Assembly: GCA_964651965.1 (NCBI GenBank)
Contig: CAZYZS010000002.1
Location: 17,164-81,163, forward strand
Origin: Candidatus Woesearchaeota archaeon
Lineage (GTDB): Archaea; Nanobdellota; Nanobdellia; Pacearchaeales; GW2011-AR1
Length of the DNA stretch: 64,000 nt
Reading direction: 5' to 3'
In this document: positions 56,929 to 64,000 of the stretch, in pieces
Layout: each line of letters starts with the position of its first letter
Numbering within the stretch: the stretch's first letter is position 1
The notes under the pieces: model-generated
Database searches by the model: none
What the model saw: the letters and a program-made list of their open reading frames with translations, nothing else
Told to the model about the DNA's origin: nothing
Translations under genes and position numbers: made by a program

Positions 56929-58080
56929 ATGAAAATCGTGCATATAAACATGTTTTATTATCCAACCATTGGGGGGGTGGAGCAAGTAATGAAGGAACTC
57001 GCCGAAAGGCAGGTTAGGGCTGGGCATGAGGTGCATGTTTTTTGCTGCGATTCAGATAAAAATTCTAGAATAGAAAAAAAAGAAGAAACTATCAATGGAG
57101 TTCATGTTCACAGGCTGCCATACTGGTTTCGTTTGTCTTTAAACACTTTTGTCTGGCCTTCTTTATTATGGAGATTCGAAGGAAAATTTGACGTAATACA
57201 CAGCCATGTTTCAGGTCACGATTATGTATTATTTGCAGGACATCTTGCCAAAAAAACAGGAGCAAAACATATTCACACAACTCACTGCCCCTGGACAGAT
57301 GCCTCTTTTCGTCCCCTAATCCTAAGGCCTTTTATGTTTCTAAACAACCTGTTTGTTAACAAGATGATTTTTAAAGGAGTAGACAGGGTTGTGGCAATTA
57401 CCCCTTGGGAAGTTTCAATTTTAGAAGAGTTCATAAAAGAACGAGAAAAAATAACTGTTATTCCAAATGGGGCAGATGAAATTTTATACGAGAAAGTGAA
57501 GAAAAATAGCTTTAAGAAAAAATATAAAATTAAGGAAAAGAAAATTGTTTTGTTTTTTGGAAGGTTGAATCCAACTAAAGGACCTGAAAAACTTGCACTG
57601 GCTGCACTTGAGATAAGCAAGAAAAGAAAAGATATTGCTTTTGTATGGGTGGGGCCAGATGAGGGGAAGCTAGAAGAAGTTCAACAGCTGATTAAAGGGC
57701 ACAGAAATATGTATTATATAGAACCAATCAGAGATAAGAAAAAGATAGCTGAAATGTATCAGGCGTCTGATGTTTATGTTCTTCCAAGCTATCGCGAGGG
57801 CCTTCCGCTAACATTATTTGAGGCAATGGCGTCTCATCTTCCGATCGTAGCAAGTCCGGTCAATGGAGTTCCATACGAGATGAAATCTCCAAACAATGGA
57901 TTTTTTGCAGATTATGGAGACATAGAAAAACTAAAAGAAAACATTTTAAAGCTAGTAGACAATAAGAAATTAGCCAAACAAATTGGAGAAACCAATTATA
58001 AAAAATCCCAAAACTATCGATGGGATAATATAGCTAAAAAATACGAAAATGAATATAAAAAATTATTAGGAAAAAAATGA
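56929..58080 (+). CDS. Glycosyltransferase family 4
   Basis: YPTIGGVE, FFGRL...KG, LPSYREGLPLTLFEAMA. Confidence 0.93.
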   Translation: MKIVHINMFYYPTIGGVEQVMKELAERQVRAGHEVHVFCCDSDKNSRIEKKEETINGVHVHRLPYWFRLSLNTFVWPSLLWRFEGKFDVIHSHVSGHDYVLFAGHLAKKTGAKHIHTTHCPWTDASFRPLILRPFMFLNNLFVNKMIFKGVDRVVAITPWEVSILEEFIKEREKITVIPNGADEILYEKVKKNSFKKKYKIKEKKIVLFFGRLNPTKGPEKLALAALEISKKRKDIAFVWVGPDEGKLEEVQQLIKGHRNMYYIEPIRDKKKIAEMYQASDVYVLPSYREGLPLTLFEAMASHLPIVASPVNGVPYEMKSPNNGFFADYGDIEKLKENILKLVDNKKLAKQIGETNYKKSQNYRWDNIAKKYENEYKKLLGKK

Positions 58081-59606
58081 AAATAACTTTAATTTCTACC
58101 TCTACCTTTCCTTCTGATCAAGGAATAAGGACAATTTCAGCTGTTTTAAAAAAAGCAGGGCATAAAGTTAATCTGGTTTTTATGGCCTTGAGTGAAGATT
58201 ACTCCAAAAACTACACAGAATACGAGTTGCAGCAACTTGAGAAAATAGCAGAAGGAAGCAGGCTTATCGGCATAGCTTCTTATGCTTCAACTGCAAAAAG
58301 GGCAGAAAGAATAATAACCTATCTCAAAAGATTAAATGTTCCTATTGTTTATGGAGGGGTACATCCAACAATCTCGCCAGAACAAGCAATAACTATTTCA
58401 GATATAGCTTGTGTCGGAGAGGGAGAAGAAGCAATTATAGAACTGGCTTTTTCAATAGAAAAAAACAAGCCCTTCGATAAAATAAAAAACCTCTGGATCA
58501 AAAAAGGGGATAAAATTATAAAAAATCCTATAAGGAATTTAATAGAGAACGTTGATTCTTTACCTTTTCCTGATTTTGATATTGAAGACCATTACATTCT
58601 TGAAAAAGGGAATCTAAGAAAGTTCAGAGAAGAAGATTTGGGCGGAGGGATTTTCTTTCTTACAGGAAGGGGCTGCCCTTACGGATGCGATTATTGCTCC
58701 AATTCTTTTTTTAATCAGCTTTATAAAGGAAAGTGCAAAAAAATCTTAAGGCTTCATTCTCCAGAATACATCATAAAGGGAATCTTATATATGAAGAATA
58801 AATTTCCTAGCTTAAGTTATTTTGATATCAGAGACGATACTTTTTCAATGAGGCCGTTAGAGGAGATTAAGAAATTCTGTGAAATGTACAAAAAACAGGT
58901 CCATCTCCGATTTAAGTGTTTGGGAGACCCTAAAACAATAACAGATGAAAAAATTAAGCTGCTTGTTGATGCTGGGTGCACAGACATTATTATTGGGATA
59001 CAGGGAAGCGAATCTACTAACCATTTAATTTATCATAGGAATCAGACAGACGAGGGAGTTTTAAACGCTGCCAAAATTCTAAATAAATACAGGCAATTAG
59101 CAGTAATGTACGATGTTATAACTTCTAATCCTTATGAAACTCCAGAACAGATAATAAGCCTTATCCGTTTGCTACAGAAGATTCCAAGGCCCTATTATCT
59201 TTCTGTAAATAATCTTGTCTTCTTTCCAGGAACTCAATTATACAGGAGAGCAATGCAGGACGGAACAATCAAGACAGAAAAAGATACTGCCCAATATCTA
59301 AATTATTGGGACAGAAGCAAGCACATCCTTCTCAAAGGAAAAAACATCTATCTCAATCTTATCCTCAATATTATGAGAGGCCCAGCAACCGATAAAAGAT
59401 TTGGATTAATGCCAAGTTTCTTACTAAACTGGCTTTTAGAAGAAGAAAGAGTTAAAAGAAATCTGAAAAACCAGTTTCCCGCTATAACAGCAACGCGCCT
59501 CCTTTATATTTTTGACTTAATAAGAGAAAGAATTTTAAAACCTGCTTTTAGAAGCATGCCTCTTTCCTTTAAAGTCTGGTATGATAAAGTTAGGTATCAT
59601 GTGTAA
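58077..59606 (+). CDS. B12-binding radical SAM protein
   Basis: GGVHPT, GEGE, RGCPYGCDYC, DDTF. Confidence 0.92.
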   Translation: MKITLISTSTFPSDQGIRTISAVLKKAGHKVNLVFMALSEDYSKNYTEYELQQLEKIAEGSRLIGIASYASTAKRAERIITYLKRLNVPIVYGGVHPTISPEQAITISDIACVGEGEEAIIELAFSIEKNKPFDKIKNLWIKKGDKIIKNPIRNLIENVDSLPFPDFDIEDHYILEKGNLRKFREEDLGGGIFFLTGRGCPYGCDYCSNSFFNQLYKGKCKKILRLHSPEYIIKGILYMKNKFPSLSYFDIRDDTFSMRPLEEIKKFCEMYKKQVHLRFKCLGDPKTITDEKIKLLVDAGCTDIIIGIQGSESTNHLIYHRNQTDEGVLNAAKILNKYRQLAVMYDVITSNPYETPEQIISLIRLLQKIPRPYYLSVNNLVFFPGTQLYRRAMQDGTIKTEKDTAQYLNYWDRSKHILLKGKNIYLNLILNIMRGPATDKRFGLMPSFLLNWLLEEERVKRNLKNQFPAITATRLLYIFDLIRERILKPAFRSMPLSFKVWYDKVRYHV

Positions 59607-59642
59607 CTAGTTTTATAAATTTCAATATCCTTTAATAATAGA

Positions 59643-60404
59643 ATGGTAAAGTCTTATGAAAAGTTTAATAAACGGCTAGGAGAAGAATATTGGGGGAAGT
59701 TTGTAAAAAGAGATATCCAACTTTATGATTGTATTAAAAAAATATTAAGTAAGTACTTATCCGGCAAAAACAATGTTAAGGGACTGGATATCGGCGCAGG
59801 TCCAGGAATTGGAGCATGGATCCTCGGTCAATTAGGGATTTCTGGAGAATTATACAGTGTAGAGCCTTCTGATAATTATAAGGAAGGAGAAAAACTGGCC
59901 GAGAAATTAAAGCTGTCAGGAAGCAAAACCCTTTACTATCCCAAAAAAGGGGAGATGTCCGATGCAATTGCTTTATTTGATTTAAAAGAAGAAAGCTTAG
60001 ATTATATATTATTTTTGAGATCAGTTCATGAAATTATGCTTTCATATAAGGATTACAAAGATTTCGTTAAAGACTTTAAAATAATTTGTAGTTTAATTAA
60101 GAAAGAGGGTTTTATAGTTATAGCAGACCCCCAATATTCAGAATTTATCTATTCTGCCCCCCATAAATATGCTAAAATTATACAAGCAATAAGAAAATAT
60201 AAAGAAGAAACATTAGGGCACTCTCATGCCCTAGGAGATTATCTTACTCTTAAAAAGCTGAAAAAAATAATGCCCGAAGATTTTATACTCTCTGAAAAAG
60301 TAGAGATAGAGAATAACAAAGATTTCGAATTTATAAAAAGCAAGGGTTTTAATCTAAAAGAGAGCCCAACTGAATTCTATGTTGTTTGTTATAAGAGAAG
60401 ATGA
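59643..60404 (+). CDS. SAM-dependent methyltransferase
   Basis: LDIGAGPG, VEPS, SVHE. Confidence 0.8.
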   Translation: MVKSYEKFNKRLGEEYWGKFVKRDIQLYDCIKKILSKYLSGKNNVKGLDIGAGPGIGAWILGQLGISGELYSVEPSDNYKEGEKLAEKLKLSGSKTLYYPKKGEMSDAIALFDLKEESLDYILFLRSVHEIMLSYKDYKDFVKDFKIICSLIKKEGFIVIADPQYSEFIYSAPHKYAKIIQAIRKYKEETLGHSHALGDYLTLKKLKKIMPEDFILSEKVEIENNKDFEFIKSKGFNLKESPTEFYVVCYKRR

Positions 60405-60455
60405 TTCTTCAAAAACTTCCCACAAATTTATAAATTTCAATATCCTTTTATTTTC

Positions 60456-60923
60456 ATGAAATGGAAACTTCCTCCAAAAATAAAGATTTATGAGGCTCTT
60501 GGCTGTATTGGGGATAAAAGAATAGAAATTTCAGGAAATGAAGCGAAAGTTTTCTCCTCTTCAAAAGGAAAATTTTATTCTGTAAGGTATAATGAAAGCA
60601 TGAATGCGATTATGTGCAATGATAATGGCTCTTTCTGGCAAGGCTATTTGGGGTATCCTTCAATTGCTTTCTTGATGTTAAAAGGCAGAATAAAGTTCAA
60701 TCAGGAATCTGCAGAGGCATTTAAAGACATAAAATGGAAGGATTTAAACACCAAGTTCAAGAGGGATTATTGGAAAACAGAAGAGTTTGCCCTGGAAAAA
60801 GCCAAGGAAAAAGGTGCTGATATAAGTAAATTATTAGAAGATATAAACAACATTTTTGAACAAATTAAAAAATTAGATATGAATTTATTTGGAGAAAAAA
60901 CCAAGCCGCCAGAAGAATATTAA
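60456..60923 (+). CDS. Conserved hypothetical protein
   Basis: PPKIKIYEALG...NDNGSFWQGYLGYP. Confidence 0.75.
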   Translation: MKWKLPPKIKIYEALGCIGDKRIEISGNEAKVFSSSKGKFYSVRYNESMNAIMCNDNGSFWQGYLGYPSIAFLMLKGRIKFNQESAEAFKDIKWKDLNTKFKRDYWKTEEFALEKAKEKGADISKLLEDINNIFEQIKKLDMNLFGEKTKPPEEY

Positions 60924-61645
60924 GCTTTTCTATAATCTTTCATTTTTTCTTTGTATTTTGTTTTGTCTTTTATGTTTGCCCAATAAAATGCCTCTTGCCG
61001 CAGGCGGCATGCAAGGCAAGTTCCGCAATGCTCTCTTTTGTTCTTTGTTCCAATATAACAACTATAAGTATCTTCCATTTTAACTCCTAATTTTTTTCCC
61101 AATACAGCAATATCCTCTTTATCTTTTTTTATCAATGGAGCAATGATTTTTCCTTTAATTCCCGTGGCTGTTTTTTTAAGTTTGTTTATCTCTTTTACAA
61201 ACTCAAGTGTTGTGTCTGGATATGCTTCTCTTCCCTCGCATTTAAATCCAGTAAAAATATCAAAGATTTCTTTGTTTTTTATCTGTAAGGACTCTGCTAA
61301 AGCCAAGGCATAGGTTAAAAAAACAATGTTTCTGCACGGAACATAATACTTTAGAGACTCTTTTTCTGTATCTTTCAGCTCTTTTCTTTTTATTTTTCTC
61401 ACTTTCTCACTTTTATTTATTAAAGAAGTTGAAATTTTTGCAATTTCATTTAGTTTTATTTCTTTAAACTCTGCTCCGAGCTTTTTTGCTATATTTTTGC
61501 TTGCTTTTCTTTCTTGTTTTAGTGTTCTCTGCTTATAATCAAAGAACAAAATAATCATTTTTTTGTACTTCAGCTTTTTTTTAACATAGTAAGCAGTTGC
61601 ACTGCTATCCAATCCCCCAGAGCACAAAACAATTGCATTTTTCAT
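60920..61645 (-). CDS. queC: 7-cyano-7-deazaguanine synthase
   Basis: SGGLDS, YVPCRN, YPD, TYSCY, CGTCLACRLR. Confidence 0.9.
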   Translation of the reverse strand: MKNAIVLCSGGLDSSATAYYVKKKLKYKKMIILFFDYKQRTLKQERKASKNIAKKLGAEFKEIKLNEIAKISTSLINKSEKVRKIKRKELKDTEKESLKYYVPCRNIVFLTYALALAESLQIKNKEIFDIFTGFKCEGREAYPDTTLEFVKEINKLKKTATGIKGKIIAPLIKKDKEDIAVLGKKLGVKMEDTYSCYIGTKNKREHCGTCLACRLRQEAFYWANIKDKTKYKEKMKDYRKA

Positions 61646-61695
61646 AGGTATTTTAATTCAATAATGTTTTTAAACCCCTCCTTGCTCTCTCATCT

Positions 61696-61890
61696 ATGAA
61701 AAAACAAGCAAAAGACCTAACCAAGGGTGAAAAAATTATACTGGCAGGTCAAACGTGTGTAGTCCAGGATATTGAGATTTCTGAGATAGGAAAACAAGGA
61801 AAAAGAAAAGTAAGAATAGAAGCTTTAACAGAAAAGGGAGAGAAGATTGTTATAATAAGGCCGGAAGATTTTCCTTTTGACATTCCATGA
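61696..61890 (+). CDS. aIF-5A/EF-P N-terminal-domain-like small protein
   Basis: AKDL.KG..I...G..C.V.DIEISEIGKQGKRKVRIEA resembles aIF-5A S..GKHG.AK.RI. Confidence 0.65.
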   Translation: MKKQAKDLTKGEKIILAGQTCVVQDIEISEIGKQGKRKVRIEALTEKGEKIVIIRPEDFPFDIP

Positions 61891-61900
61891 TTCTTTTAAA

Positions 61901-62803
61901 ATGATAGACATAATTATAACTTCGTATAACGAGCCAAAGTCAACTTTAAGAGCAGTAAACACGTTTCTTAAGCAAGAAATTCCAGGAGAGTTTAGAATAG
62001 TCGTATGTGACCCATTTCCAGAAGTTAAAACTTTTCTTAAAGAAAACATCAAAGATAAAAGAGTAGGTTTTTTCCTTGACCCTGGAGAAGGAAAGAGTTA
62101 TGCGTTAAATTTGCTTTTCGAAAAGCTTGCTGGAACAACAAATGATTTTTTCATTTTAACTGACGGAGATGTTTATGTTTCTGATAACACAGTTAAAGAA
62201 ATTCTAAAGGTTTTTGAGGATAAGGAAATAGGGTGTGTTACAGGCCATCCAGCCACAATTGATTCTAGAGAAAATAAATTTGGATATTGGAGTCATTTGT
62301 TATTCTCAGGAGTGCACAGAGCAAGGAAAAAGTATGCAGAAAAAAAAGAATTTTTTGAATGTTCTGGATATTTATTTGCAGTGAGAAAAGGAGTAATTAC
62401 TAGTTTCCCCACAGATGCTTCAGAAGACTCTGTAATCCCTTACTTGTTCTGGCAAAAAGGCTATAAAATAGGTTATGCAGAAAATGCAGAAGTTTACGTT
62501 AAAAATCCAGATAATCTAGAGGACTGGAAAAAACAAAAAATAAGGAATATAAAAGGCCATGAGAATCTTTCCAAATTGTATCCAGATATGCCAAGAACAA
62601 AATCTTTTTGGAACGAAGTAAAACATGGAGCATTTTTTGCTTTATTCTACCCAAGAAAACCAAAAGAGTTTGTCTGGACGATGCAGCTATACAAGGCAAG
62701 ATTAGATATTTACAAAGAAGCTTTTAAAGAGCTAAACCAAAAAGAAGTTTATTCAGATGGCTGGAGAGAAACAGAAATAAATTCAACAAAGCCATTAGAC
62801 TAG
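61901..62803 (+). CDS. Glycosyltransferase family 2
   Basis: IIITSYNE, GKSYALN, LTDGD, SED, QKIR. Confidence 0.88.
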   Translation: MIDIIITSYNEPKSTLRAVNTFLKQEIPGEFRIVVCDPFPEVKTFLKENIKDKRVGFFLDPGEGKSYALNLLFEKLAGTTNDFFILTDGDVYVSDNTVKEILKVFEDKEIGCVTGHPATIDSRENKFGYWSHLLFSGVHRARKKYAEKKEFFECSGYLFAVRKGVITSFPTDASEDSVIPYLFWQKGYKIGYAENAEVYVKNPDNLEDWKKQKIRNIKGHENLSKLYPDMPRTKSFWNEVKHGAFFALFYPRKPKEFVWTMQLYKARLDIYKEAFKELNQKEVYSDGWRETEINSTKPLD

Positions 62804-63199
62804 TTTTTTTAATTCTTTTTCCAGCTCTTCCAAGCTTGTTACAATTTTTGTTGGACAGATAATTATGGCGCTTAAATACTCTAAGGCATCTTTTACTGGC
62901 TCATCTGTTTTTATGCCTATGGCAGGAATCCCTTTTGCATAAGCATATCCGAGCTCCCAGGCAGTTCCTGCTCCAACATGCAAACCATTTAAGTCAGCAA
63001 TAATCAAGTTACAATCTTTAAATCCCTTAGTAATGTCTCCTTCAAATACTCTTTTAACGTCTTTCATTCCTTTGCACGGCCCAACATCTCTATGGGGAAG
63101 AAAAGTTTCTATACCTAATTTTTCACAAATCTTGTCTATTTTCTCCAAAAACTCCACTTCCGATGCAGTGCATAACTTGCCGGCAATATAGGCTTTCAT
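62795..63199 (-). CDS. Nucleoside 2-deoxyribosyltransferase family protein
   Basis: YIAG, FLPHRD, F.GD, GTAWELGYAYAKG. Confidence 0.88.
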   Translation of the reverse strand: MKAYIAGKLCTASEVEFLEKIDKICEKLGIETFLPHRDVGPCKGMKDVKRVFEGDITKGFKDCNLIIADLNGLHVGAGTAWELGYAYAKGIPAIGIKTDEPVKDALEYLSAIIICPTKIVTSLEELEKELKKLV

Positions 63200-63266
63200 T
63201 TTATTAGTATATCCTTGTTTAATAAAGCTTAAATAATGTTTATTATAAACTTTACTAAAGATAACT

Positions 63267-64000
63267 ATGGAAATTTTAATAATCAAGTTAGGGGCAAAAG
63301 GCGATATTGTTAGGACTCTTCCTATAGCTTTAGCTTTAAAGAAAAAATATCCCGATGCAAAAATTTCCTGGTTGACAAAGAGTTCTAATAGGGAGTTTGT
63401 TGAAAACAGCCCTTGTGTAGATTCTGTTTTTGTTTTGCCTTATAATGATAATAAAAAATTTGATGTCCTTTATAATTTTGATATTGACGAAGAAGCTACT
63501 TTATTGGCAAATAAAATTCAAGCAGGAAAAAAATACGGCTTCTATTTCGAGGGGGGATTTGCTGCTGCATTTAATTTAGGAGCAGAGTATTATCTTAACA
63601 CTTTATTTGATGACGAAACTAAAAAAACCAACAAAAAAACTTATCAGGAAATGATGTTTATGGCTGCTGAACTGCCTTACAATAAAGAATTTCATCCAAT
63701 TATCTTAAAAGAAAAAGATAAAAAATATGCTTCTGAGTTTATAAAGAGGAATAGTCTAAAGACCGAGAAACTTGTTGGTATTCATATAGGTTCTTCTCCA
63801 AGATGGCCTTCAAAATTCTGGCCAGTAGAGAAAATTAAAGAATTTGTTTTAAAATCAAAGGAAAATGGATATGAAATCCTGCTTTTTGCAGGTCCTGATG
63901 ATATAGATAAACAGAAGAAAATTGTTTATGATTTAGAGAACCAATTTAAAGTTTATTCCAATGATCCGAAAAATACAGATATGGAATTCGCTTCTTTAGT
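63267..64000 (+). CDS. Glycosyltransferase family 9 (runs off window)
   Basis: Manual translation MEILIIKLGAKGDIVRTLP..ALKKKYPDAKISWL...GSSPRWPSKFWP. Confidence 0.9.
   Translation, partial: MEILIIKLGAKGDIVRTLPIALALKKKYPDAKISWLTKSSNREFVENSPCVDSVFVLPYNDNKKFDVLYNFDIDEEATLLANKIQAGKKYGFYFEGGFAAAFNLGAEYYLNTLFDDETKKTNKKTYQEMMFMAAELPYNKEFHPIILKEKDKKYASEFIKRNSLKTEKLVGIHIGSSPRWPSKFWPVEKIKEFVLKSKENGYEILLFAGPDDIDKQKKIVYDLENQFKVYSNDPKNTDMEFASL

Overview
AT-rich archaeal chromosome segment. Archaeal rpoD/rpoF/rpoN, rpl18e/rpl21e, cdc6, BHB tRNA introns and compact gene content suggest a DPANN archaeon, probably Pacearchaeota/Woesearchaeota-like (taxonomy is inferred). Left to right: cdc6/orc1 with an adjacent ORB-flanked AT-rich origin; tRNA-Ser followed by a bacterial-type csrA; metallophosphoesterase-prs-lhr; a NUMOD3 endonuclease; two convergent coiled-coil/wHTH genes whose linkers are encoded by DNA motifs (ORB-like boxes and 12-bp repeats) that recur in nearby non-coding DNA; an array of single small ORFs separated by a repeated bipartite palindromic site around a short serine recombinase; accessory genes; xerA with a dif-like site over its start codon; a ribosomal protein/RNAP cluster; 5S rRNA and four more tRNAs (one with an apparent AAG anticodon, one with two introns, one overlapped by a LAGLIDADG endonuclease gene); secF/secD; and a ~22 kb surface-glycan locus (flippase, three GT9, GT2/GT4/GT6, aminotransferase, carbamoyltransferase, radical SAMs, methyltransferases, queC). 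Best candidates for undescribed systems: the serine-recombinase cassette-like array (12.3-16.5 kb), the repeat/ORB-bearing wHTH pair (9.6-12.1 kb) and the tRNA-Gly/homing endonuclease unit. All product calls come from motif recognition; no database search was run.
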